From: Marispirochaeta sp.
GTDB taxonomy: Bacteria; Spirochaetota; Spirochaetia; JC444; Marispirochaetaceae
Assembly (NCBI GenBank): GCA_963676835.2
Contig: CAXXFF010000001.1
Span: 864,001-928,000 of the forward strand
Direction: 5' to 3'
Length of the DNA: 64,000 bases
A program made the translations under genes and the position numbers. Shown here piece after piece: positions 28,876 through 37,504 of the stretch. The notes beneath the pieces are model-generated. The model was not told the origin of the DNA, searched no databases, and saw only the letters and a program-made list of their open reading frames with translations. How positions within the stretch are numbered: position 1 is the stretch's first letter; each line of letters begins with the position of its first letter.

Positions 28876-30474
28876 GTGAAATACGCGGATCTGGATCGTA
28901 CCGAATCGTACACACGATTGAAGGAGCATTACGAAAAAAACCAGGAGGCGGTAAACCTTGCCGGCCTGCTCAGTGAAGAACGGATAAAACGCTGCCGGAT
29001 CAGCTCCGGCGGCGGTCTTACCTACAGTTATGCCGCTAAAGCGGTGGACGACGCTGCCCTGGCCATTCTGGCCGACCTCGCCGCCGAGTGCGGCTGTATA
29101 GAAAAATACAAAGCAATTGCCTCAGGCGAAATAATGAACACCGGCGAGAAGCGTAAGGTAATGCACCACCTGATGCGCGGGGAACTTGCAGGAAAGGTTA
29201 CCGACGACGGAAAAGATCTGGGAGCTTTCTACCGGGAACAGCAGGAAAAAATTGCCCGCTTCAGCAGCGATGTCCATGAAGGAAAAATTACCGGGTCCAC
29301 CGGCAAGGCCTTCAAACGGGTGGTACAGATCGGAATCGGCGGTTCCGACCTGGGTCCCAGAGCGCTCTACCTGGCACTGAAAAACTGGTACCGCAAAGAG
29401 TACGGCGCCCTGAAAATGGATGCCCGTTTTATCTCCAATGTTGACCCTGATGATGCCGAAGAGGTTCTGGCCGATATAAACCCGGAAGAGACCCTCTTTA
29501 TTCTGGTCTCCAAAAGCGGCACCACCCAGGAAACCCTTACCAACCAGGCCCTGGTGGCGGATATCATGCTTTCCCGCGGAATTTCCGGCCTTGTTCCGGC
29601 CCAGCACATTGTAGCTGTCACATCCGAAACCAGTCCCATGGCTGCAAACAGCGATTTTCTCGCTTCATTTTTTATTGATGATTATATCGGCGGACGCTAT
29701 TCGGCGACCAGCGCAGTAGGCGGAGCTGTCCTCAGCCTTGCCTTCGGGCCTGAAGTTTTCAGCCGTATTCTAAAAGGTGCCCATGAGGCCGATAAGTCAT
29801 CCCTCAATGAGGACATTTATAAGAATGCCTCTCTTATGGATGCGCTCATAGGCGTATGGGAACGCAATATCCTCAAGTTTCCCGTAACTGCGGTTCTACC
29901 CTACAGCCAGGCCCTGCACAGGTTTCCGGCACACCTGCAGCAGCTTGATATGGAATCAAACGGCAAACAGGTTAACCGGGAGGGAACAGCCCTCGCCTAC
30001 TCCACCGGGCCGGTTATCTTCGGCGAACCGGGAACAAACGGACAGCACTCATTCTTCCAGCTGCTGCACCAGGGTACCGACCGGATACCTCTGCAGTTTA
30101 TCGGCTTTCAGGAATCCCAGTCCGGAAAAGACATTGATTTTGAGGGTTCCAGCAGTCAGCAGAAGCTCAAAGCCAATCTTACAGCCCAGATAGTTGCCTT
30201 TGCCCTGGGTAAAAAAGATGAAAACCCCAATAAAAACTTCCCGGGACAACGGCCTTCAAGCCTCATATACGGCGACCGTCTCGGGCCTGAAGCCCTGGGA
30301 GCCCTGCTGGCACACTATGAAAACAAGGTAATGTTTCAGGGGCTAATCTGGAATATCAACTCCTTTGATCAGGAAGGAGTACAGCTGGGAAAGGTGCTTA
30401 CCGGCAAGGTTCTGGGTGATCCTGCCCAGCGGGATAAAGTACTGAACACCTATGCAGGACTGCTGAACCTGTAG
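28876..30474 (+). CDS. pgi: Glucose-6-phosphate isomerase
   Basis: IGIGGSDLGP, SKSGTTQET, QQLDMESNGK, NSFDQEGVQLGK motifs. Confidence 0.97.
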   Translation: MKYADLDRTESYTRLKEHYEKNQEAVNLAGLLSEERIKRCRISSGGGLTYSYAAKAVDDAALAILADLAAECGCIEKYKAIASGEIMNTGEKRKVMHHLMRGELAGKVTDDGKDLGAFYREQQEKIARFSSDVHEGKITGSTGKAFKRVVQIGIGGSDLGPRALYLALKNWYRKEYGALKMDARFISNVDPDDAEEVLADINPEETLFILVSKSGTTQETLTNQALVADIMLSRGISGLVPAQHIVAVTSETSPMAANSDFLASFFIDDYIGGRYSATSAVGGAVLSLAFGPEVFSRILKGAHEADKSSLNEDIYKNASLMDALIGVWERNILKFPVTAVLPYSQALHRFPAHLQQLDMESNGKQVNREGTALAYSTGPVIFGEPGTNGQHSFFQLLHQGTDRIPLQFIGFQESQSGKDIDFEGSSSQQKLKANLTAQIVAFALGKKDENPNKNFPGQRPSSLIYGDRLGPEALGALLAHYENKVMFQGLIWNINSFDQEGVQLGKVLTGKVLGDPAQRDKVLNTYAGLLNL

Positions 30475-30519
30475 GCGACAGGCATCCAGACAGAAGGCAC
30501 CTATGCCGATAATGGCAGT

Positions 30520-30975
30520 ATGCAGCGCCTTCTGATATTTACTTTATTACTGATTCTACTCCTGCAGGCTTCCCTCTTTTCCGGCGAAACCGGGGATGAA
30601 CTCTCTCTGGCTGCAGTTCTTGAATCCCTCTCCCTAAAAGGTACTCCGTATATTTTAGGCGGTACCGGCCCCAGAGGGATGGACTGTTCCGGCCTGGTCT
30701 ACCACATCTACTCACCAGTGGTTAACAGTCTCCCAAGGCGTGCCATTGATCAATACAAATTCGGAAACCCCGTGGCAAAAGGCAGTGAGGAACCCGGAGA
30801 TCTGGTCTTCTTTAATACTGAAGGATGGACTGTTACGCACGTGGGTATATACCTGGGAGACAACCGCTTTGTTCACGCCGCATCGGGAACAAAGACCAAT
30901 GGCATAGTAGTCTCTTCTCTCCTGACTCCCTATTACAGTCAGCGCTATGTAGGCGCCCGGCGGGTTATCCCATAA
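30520..30975 (+). CDS. NlpC/P60 (C40) cell-wall peptidase
   Basis: Signal peptide, GMDCSGL, GDLVFF, HVGIY, FVHA. Confidence 0.93.
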   Translation: MQRLLIFTLLLILLLQASLFSGETGDELSLAAVLESLSLKGTPYILGGTGPRGMDCSGLVYHIYSPVVNSLPRRAIDQYKFGNPVAKGSEEPGDLVFFNTEGWTVTHVGIYLGDNRFVHAASGTKTNGIVVSSLLTPYYSQRYVGARRVIP

Positions 30976-30984
30976 GAGCCCATT

Positions 30985-31080
30985 AATAAAAGTGACCCCC
31001 CGGAAAAAGGAGTAAAGCCGGGAGGCCAAAAAGGAGGTCAATGAAAAAGAAAACTCTCTAACCTACAAACCTCTCCCGGA
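30985..31080 (-). ncRNA. Candidate sRNA or structured 3' UTR with anti-SD motifs and a terminator hairpin
   Basis: 11-bp stem (30993-31003/31018-31028) pairs fully only on the minus strand (2 G-U pairs); loop CUUUACUCCUUUUU; U-rich tail; 5' end uncertain. Confidence 0.45.
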
Positions 31081-31111
31081 TACAAAGGTTACATTATCTG
31101 ACAAAAAAACC

Positions 31112-32038
31112 TTATATACTGTCTATTCTTCCCGGTGTACAGAATGCCTGCTGTCCCTCAAACTCACCGGTGCAGCTGAACAAGCCGGAAAGTTTCGGCG
31201 ACAGCTCCCCATGAAGAGTTCCGGACACCGCAACACTGCCGGGCTGGGCATGCTTCTTCTCCAGATGACTGGCATAATTAATAACTTCAGAGACTATTGA
31301 ACCGGTCTCCATCTGAAATTTTATCTTTCCCGTATCAAGACCTATTCTGAGTGCAACAGGCTCTTTAAGCAGCACATCCTCATGCAGCTGGAAAAGAGGA
31401 ATGCTGCGCTGTATTTCCAGCCCGCAGAATACTGCCCGGTCCTGGTGCCCTTTAAAGGTAAAAGCAATAAGACCTCCATCCCCGGCAAAATTCCAGATCC
31501 TTCCGTCATAGCGGGCAATCCGCTCTTCCAGATATCGGCGAAGATGAAAATAGACCTTTTCCATGGTTCGATTACCGTATTTTTTTACCAGCTTTGAATT
31601 ATCCACCACGTCAAGACTCATGACAGTTATGGGATACTGCCGGCCGTTATTCAGGCTGCCCCAATTTACCTGATCCTCTATTTCCTTCCGCAGGGTTACC
31701 ACTTTTCTGCGTTTGAAATCGTAGATTCTTCCACTGTTGGCAAATTCCCTCAGGAAGAGCTCAAGACCTTCAATCCGCAGCTGCCGGCCTTTTATGGTCT
31801 GGTCATCCAGGCTGACAACAAGCTCGATAAGCCGTTCAACCTGGTTTTTGGCTATACACTCCTCCACCAGCGCCGAGGCACATTTCCGCGGGGAAAGGGT
31901 AAAATGCGTTTCTGTATTAGTTAAATCGTGACTGTTATACTGTTTGAACAGCAGCTTGCCCAATTCATCAATTTCATCGGGTTTGAAATTCTGTGCAATA
32001 AGTTCAATCTTATGATTTTTAAGAGCAGGTTCCAGCAT
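31112..32038 (-). CDS. Class III nucleotidyl cyclase with N-terminal helical domain
   Basis: VMSLDVVDNS, NFAGDG, LRIGLDTG, VINYASHLE motifs. Confidence 0.82.
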   Translation of the reverse strand: MLEPALKNHKIELIAQNFKPDEIDELGKLLFKQYNSHDLTNTETHFTLSPRKCASALVEECIAKNQVERLIELVVSLDDQTIKGRQLRIEGLELFLREFANSGRIYDFKRRKVVTLRKEIEDQVNWGSLNNGRQYPITVMSLDVVDNSKLVKKYGNRTMEKVYFHLRRYLEERIARYDGRIWNFAGDGGLIAFTFKGHQDRAVFCGLEIQRSIPLFQLHEDVLLKEPVALRIGLDTGKIKFQMETGSIVSEVINYASHLEKKHAQPGSVAVSGTLHGELSPKLSGLFSCTGEFEGQQAFCTPGRIDSI

Positions 32039-32266
32039 TGAGTCCTCGCATTAGTAAACATTCCAACTTTTACTCTTTACCTTTTGCCTTGATACTTACA
32101 CCTTCCGGGAAGCATATAATACGACTTTTCAACTGGAGATATTTTGAATGTACCCGGTATTATACCAAATTTATCAGGCTTTGGACAGATCCTGCGCTAT
32201 TGCGTGGAAAACATGCCTGCTGATAAGCTTTGCTGTTCCGGTTTTTCTTGAGTATATTACTCGTAT

Positions 32267-32680
32267 ATGAACGAGAAAACAGATGATTTTCCCATCCGGA
32301 AAAGCACCGCCCAATGGCAGGAAGAACTTAGCCCCATGGAATTCCATGTACTCCGTGAAAAGGGTACTGAACGTGCATTTACCGGTGACCTTTACATGGA
32401 GAAAAGGGGCGGCAAATACCTCTGCAAAGGATGCGGAGCAGAACTTTTCAGTTCAGAAGCAAAATATGAATCCGGCTCCGGCTGGCCCAGCTATTATACC
32501 CCGGTCAACAGTGACGCAGTAAAAGAGCATACCGACAGGTCACATGGAATGGTAAGAACCGAAGTGGTGTGTGCAAGCTGCGGCGGTCATCTTGGACATG
32601 TGTTCCCCGATGGGCCTCATCCTACGGGACTGCGCTACTGTATCAACTCAGCTTCCCTGGCCTTTAAAGCTGAAAACTGA
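32267..32680 (+). CDS. msrB: Peptide-methionine (R)-S-oxide reductase
   Basis: [32 protein letters not shown] motifs. Confidence 0.97.
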   Translation: MNEKTDDFPIRKSTAQWQEELSPMEFHVLREKGTERAFTGDLYMEKRGGKYLCKGCGAELFSSEAKYESGSGWPSYYTPVNSDAVKEHTDRSHGMVRTEVVCASCGGHLGHVFPDGPHPTGLRYCINSASLAFKAEN

Positions 32681-32748
32681 AGAAACATTTTACAGGGTAT
32701 ACCATAAGGCACGGTAATGAACGATACTGCCAGATAAAAGGAGATGAT

Positions 32749-33486
32749 CTACCTGTTACGGGTAAGCAGATACTGAACCTCACCCTCTTTGGTAAGGGGA
32801 ATAATAACATCGCGGTACAGCCCGGTTACAAGAGACGGGTCAAGGGGACTGCGCAGGGAGTAATCACTTATCTCCTGCAGGCGCCGTGATTTTTCACCTA
32901 CCCTGGCAAGAATGCGCTCTTCCACCTCGGGCCGTGTGAGCTTATCACCGATTGCATCTGAATCACCCGCTTCAATCAGAACAGTGTAGCCTTCCGGATC
33001 GCTGCGGTACTTGCTTTCTGCAACATAGAACGCCGCAAAGTGTACCCGGCGGATAAGAGCCTGAATACAGATAACATCCCGTTCTATGCTGGAGCCGTAA
33101 TGCCCGTCATCCCCGGCGGGGCAGATACTGGGCAGCAAGGCAAGGTATTCATCCTTAAGACGATCACTCAGGTTAACAAGATTATAGTCATCGATGGCAA
33201 GACCGGTTTCCACATCTTTTCGAATCCGTTCCGATGGGGGGAGATCAGAGTTGACAGGTCTCTCCTCCGGTGTGCGGAAGCGCCCGAACCGGGAGTCAAG
33301 TTCCTCCTGCCCTTTCAGGCGCAGGGAAAAAAGGCTCTCCCCCTCTTTCCCGGGGAAGCCGCTCTCGCCCTTCTGATAACAAACCGGATTATACGAGAAC
33401 TGAATCCGTTCAATAAGCACGAAGATAATGGTTTCTTCCAGAGCTTCCAGCCTGGAGGCTATATAGTTCAGATCAAGGGTCTGCAT
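32749..33486 (-). CDS. Chorismate mutase, eukaryotic (Aro7-like) type
   Basis: LEETIIFVLIER, RFRTPEERP, QALIRRVHF..YVAESKY, VIIPLTKEGEVQYLL match the yeast Aro7 pattern. Confidence 0.85.
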   Translation of the reverse strand: MQTLDLNYIASRLEALEETIIFVLIERIQFSYNPVCYQKGESGFPGKEGESLFSLRLKGQEELDSRFGRFRTPEERPVNSDLPPSERIRKDVETGLAIDDYNLVNLSDRLKDEYLALLPSICPAGDDGHYGSSIERDVICIQALIRRVHFAAFYVAESKYRSDPEGYTVLIEAGDSDAIGDKLTRPEVEERILARVGEKSRRLQEISDYSLRSPLDPSLVTGLYRDVIIPLTKEGEVQYLLTRNR

Positions 33487-36400
33487 CTTCAGATCTCCAC
33501 CGGCTCTTCAACACGTTGGGAATATGAAGAATCTCTCTGGGCTTGCTGCCGTTCTGCGGGCCGACAATACCCCGGTGCTCCATTGTTTCCACTAACCTGG
33601 CGGCCCGGTTGTAACCGATTTTAAGGCGTCGCTGCAGATAAGATGCAGAGGCTTTTCCAGCCTGGGTAACGATCTCAAGGGCTTTGTCCATCAACGGATC
33701 TTCTCCACCCTCTTCAAACATTCCACCGGAATCCTCATCTTCATCGAAGAAGATCTCATCGTCAATATAATCCGGCTCTCCCAGGGTCTTCACATGGTCA
33801 ACCACCCGGCCGACTTCATCTTCAGAAAGGAAGGCACCCTGAATACGGCTGGGATCCGGATCCCAGGAGGAGGTAAAGAGCATATCGCCCTTACCCAGGA
33901 GCTTCTCCGCACCCACCGCGTCTATAATAATCCTTGAGTCCGTCTTGCCCGCTACCATAAAAGCGATTCGTGAAGGTATGTTGGCCTTTATAAGGCCGGT
34001 AATAACATCAATAGAGGGTCTCTGGGTTGCCAGAACCAGATGGATACCCACCGCACGGGACATGGCTGCCAGCCGTGCAAGGGTCGATTCCAGCTCCTTG
34101 CCGGTGGTGGCCATCAGATCGGCGAACTCATCCACAATAATCACCAGATACGGCAGTGTCCGGGTGGCAAGCTTGCGTTCTTTCACCTTTCTGTTATACG
34201 AGCGTATATCCCGAACTCCCTGGCTGTCCAGAAGGGCGTAGCGCTGTTCCATTTCTGAAAGACAGTACTGCAGAGCCTGAAAAGCCTTCTTCGGCTCAGT
34301 GATAACCGGAGTCAGAAGGTGTGGTATATCGTTATAAAGCTTCAGTTCAACAATCTTCGGGTCGATCAGCAGCAGTCTTACCTCTTCCGGCTTCTTGCGG
34401 CAGAGGATGGAACAGATAAGAGAGTTAACACAGACCGATTTACCGGAACCCGTGGCGCCGGCTATCAGCATATGAGGAGTATTCACCAGGTCAACTACCT
34501 GGGACTCACCACCCACATCCTTACCCAGTACCACCGGAACCTGATAATCCTTCTGGTCAAACTTGATATCGGAGATCATCTCATGAAAGGAGACAATTGC
34601 CCGCTTATGGTTGGGAACCTCAATCCCCACCGCATGCTTACCGGGAATGGGAGCAACAATACGCACACTTGATGCAGCCAGCCGCAGGGCAATGTTATCA
34701 GCGAGGTTGGTTATCTTTGAAAGCTTCACCCCGGGGGCCGGCAGAATTTCAAACATGGTAATTACCGGCCCTTTGCGGATACCCGTAACTTCAGCCTCGA
34801 TTTTAAACTCTTCCAGGGTCTGTCGTAAAACTTCTCCCGCATGGCGGGTATCATCATCTACAACCCAGTACTTATTGTCTTCATAACGGTCAAGCAGCTC
34901 ATCTACGGGAACTGAATATTTCTGCCGTTTTTTTTTCCCCGCACTCTTCTTTGCCTCTTTCTGATCCTCCAGCCGTACAACTGAAGGCTCTTTAGGTGCA
35001 ACAGGCTCATGTATCTGCAGAGAATCTTCCTGAAATTCTTCCAGTTCCGGTTCCTCTACCTCGGGTTCCTCAATGGTTTCCAGGTCATCCATCTCTTCCA
35101 GCTCTTCTTCATCCAGGAGCGGAGGAAGCTCGTCTTCGGAATCAGCTTCATCGGGAGAAATAGGCAGAGGACTGTTGAAATCATCTTCGAAGTCGGAACC
35201 ATAGCGCTCTTCCAGAAGGGCAAGCTGATCTTCGACTATCTCCTCTTCATACACGCCGGCACTGATCCCGTGGGGAGTTGCATCAAGAAGATCATCTTCG
35301 TCGATGGCTACTTCCTCAAGATCAAGATCCTCTTCAAAACTGAAATCATCTTCTACCGGAGCAAGATCTTCCGGTTCATCCAGAAGATCCCGGTCTTCAA
35401 GATCATCTGCAAAGTTTTCAATAACCGGAGCGGCTTCCGCTTCGGAGGGAGCAAAAGATACTGCTTCGGAAACCTCAGCATCGAGAAGATCCTTTACCAT
35501 AGACCGGATTGAAGGATCATCATGGTCGTTAACATAAAGTCTGTCGTACTGTCCGGGCTCGCCTTCCGGTACAAGTGCCCTGTTCTCGGTATCTCCGGAA
35601 CCGCCGGGTTGTTTCTGACGGCCAGCAGATGGTGTACGGGGAAGTAAGCGCTCATTTCGGGCCGGCAGCTCTTCCGGGGAATCTACAGACTCCAGATCAT
35701 CTGCAGAATCAAAATCATTTACAGGGTCTATCTCTTCAACCAGATCATCATCTTCAGTTTCAGGAACTTCAGAAACCTCCGGAAGTTCCGAGAGCGGTTC
35801 AGCCACAGACTCATCTACAGGTTCTTCTATTTCTTCTTTTAAATCAGACTCTTCTCTTTCAACTATTATATCTTCGGGGATAACTTCTTCGTCTCCAAAG
35901 GATACCACAAGGTCCTCATCGGCAAATTTGTCTGCCCCGGAAACTGATCCGGCCCCGTCAGGAACCGCCCTGAGTTTTCCCCGCTCATCCCTGTCGAGTC
36001 TCAGAGCATTTTCCCTGGACAATGAATCCTCATCTTGCAGAGGCGAGAGCTCTTCTACTTCAAGAGGATCCCCCATATCAACATGCTGACGCAGAGGGAA
36101 AAGGCCACCCTGAAGTGCTGCAGCAGGAACATCATCTTCCTGCTCCGGCTCATCGCCTTCAACCGCTTCGGCCAGGGATGGGGTAAGGATGATCCGGTAT
36201 CCGAGAATCAGCTCCATCACCAGTAATGCCAGGAGCATCAGGCCGCCGATGCGTCTGCCTCCGAACCCGAGTATCACCGCAGCGGCTGCAGCATTGGGAG
36301 GATCAGTGAGAATCACATGAAAAAGAAGGGAGGCGGTGACAAACGGAATCAGTGTATAGAGAAGAAAAAGGATTGAACGCCGGTTGAACCCATTGGAGAT

Positions 36401-36604
36401 GGAGAGATAGCCCAGAAAATAGAGATAAAGACCAACATAGAAGCCTGAATAAAGAAAATGCTGATACAGAAAGCCCCCGGGAAAATCGAGAAAACCGGCA
36501 ATACCGCCGAATCCGGCAATATGCAGTATCAGAGACAATGTGGTATACGCCGCAAGCGCAAAAAGAGCTATACCAAAAAATGTAGTGATGTTCCGTTTAC
36601 CCAA
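33473..36604 (-). CDS. ftsK: DNA translocase FtsK with a long acidic linker
   Basis: N-terminal TM helices, AGATGSGKS, DEFADLM, LATQRPS, gamma domain SYLQRRLKIGYNRAARL. Confidence 0.95.
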   Translation of the reverse strand: MGKRNITTFFGIALFALAAYTTLSLILHIAGFGGIAGFLDFPGGFLYQHFLYSGFYVGLYLYFLGYLSISNGFNRRSILFLLYTLIPFVTASLLFHVILTDPPNAAAAAVILGFGGRRIGGLMLLALLVMELILGYRIILTPSLAEAVEGDEPEQEDDVPAAALQGGLFPLRQHVDMGDPLEVEELSPLQDEDSLSRENALRLDRDERGKLRAVPDGAGSVSGADKFADEDLVVSFGDEEVIPEDIIVEREESDLKEEIEEPVDESVAEPLSELPEVSEVPETEDDDLVEEIDPVNDFDSADDLESVDSPEELPARNERLLPRTPSAGRQKQPGGSGDTENRALVPEGEPGQYDRLYVNDHDDPSIRSMVKDLLDAEVSEAVSFAPSEAEAAPVIENFADDLEDRDLLDEPEDLAPVEDDFSFEEDLDLEEVAIDEDDLLDATPHGISAGVYEEEIVEDQLALLEERYGSDFEDDFNSPLPISPDEADSEDELPPLLDEEELEEMDDLETIEEPEVEEPELEEFQEDSLQIHEPVAPKEPSVVRLEDQKEAKKSAGKKKRQKYSVPVDELLDRYEDNKYWVVDDDTRHAGEVLRQTLEEFKIEAEVTGIRKGPVITMFEILPAPGVKLSKITNLADNIALRLAASSVRIVAPIPGKHAVGIEVPNHKRAIVSFHEMISDIKFDQKDYQVPVVLGKDVGGESQVVDLVNTPHMLIAGATGSGKSVCVNSLICSILCRKKPEEVRLLLIDPKIVELKLYNDIPHLLTPVITEPKKAFQALQYCLSEMEQRYALLDSQGVRDIRSYNRKVKERKLATRTLPYLVIIVDEFADLMATTGKELESTLARLAAMSRAVGIHLVLATQRPSIDVITGLIKANIPSRIAFMVAGKTDSRIIIDAVGAEKLLGKGDMLFTSSWDPDPSRIQGAFLSEDEVGRVVDHVKTLGEPDYIDDEIFFDEDEDSGGMFEEGGEDPLMDKALEIVTQAGKASASYLQRRLKIGYNRAARLVETMEHRGIVGPQNGSKPREILHIPNVLKSRWRSEDADP

Positions 36605-36683
36605 ACCGGGAAGCCTCCTATTACTTCAATATCGGTCCCTGTTATGAGGATGTTAAGATGGATTTTTGTTCAGTCTGCAGGTA

Positions 36684-37472
36684 CTAGAGAATAATGAGAC
36701 TGATAATGCCCAGTGGCAATAGATAGAAGCCGAAAAAGTGCAGTTTCCCCTTTTTAACCAGCCGCAGCAGCAGTTCCAGAGAGACCCACCCGACCACAAG
36801 GGAGCTGACCATACCGGCAATAAGCGATGCAGCTCCGATCTGCGATCCAAGACTGTCCATATCCTTAAGGGTAAGCACGAGGGCACCTAAAATTGCCGGA
36901 ATTGAGATGAGAAAAGCAAATTCCCCGGCCTGTTCACGGGAAAGCCCTGCCCCCTGGGAAGCGGTAATGGTAATACCGGAGCGGGAAATACCGGGAAAAA
37001 CCCCCAGCCCCTGAGCTGCTCCCACAATAAGGCCGGTCTTGAGCCCGGGAACACCACTGTTTACCCCCCAGCCGAACAGTCGGGGAAGAAAAAGAATACC
37101 GGCGGTTATAATAAACAGCACGGCCACCAGCCGGGGATAATCTCCCGGTGAAAAATGTTCGATAGCTACACCGAGGAAGCCGGTAACCACCGTTGCAACC
37201 AGAATGGCAAGGATCATACCCCGGTCTACCGGATCAGTCTTTTTCCCGCGGATCAGGGAAAAAAGAGAGACAAAGAGCCGTCCCACGGTACGCCTGAAAA
37301 CAAAGATAACCACCGCAAGGGTAGAAACATGAAGAAGAACATCAAAAAGCAGAGGGACTCCTGCGATATCCATAAATTCACGGGCTATTACAAGATGACC
37401 GGAACTCGAAACAGGCAGAAACTCAGTTACCCCCTGCAGCGCACCCAGAATTATTGCTTGAATTACAGACAT
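36684..37472 (-). CDS. uppP: Undecaprenyl-diphosphate phosphatase
   Basis: QGVTEFLPVSSSGH and PGISRSG motifs. Confidence 0.96.
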   Translation of the reverse strand: MSVIQAIILGALQGVTEFLPVSSSGHLVIAREFMDIAGVPLLFDVLLHVSTLAVVIFVFRRTVGRLFVSLFSLIRGKKTDPVDRGMILAILVATVVTGFLGVAIEHFSPGDYPRLVAVLFIITAGILFLPRLFGWGVNSGVPGLKTGLIVGAAQGLGVFPGISRSGITITASQGAGLSREQAGEFAFLISIPAILGALVLTLKDMDSLGSQIGAASLIAGMVSSLVVGWVSLELLLRLVKKGKLHFFGFYLLPLGIISLIIL

Positions 37473-37504
37473 TTACCCCTCCGGAAAACTCGTACAAAAA
37501 ACTT

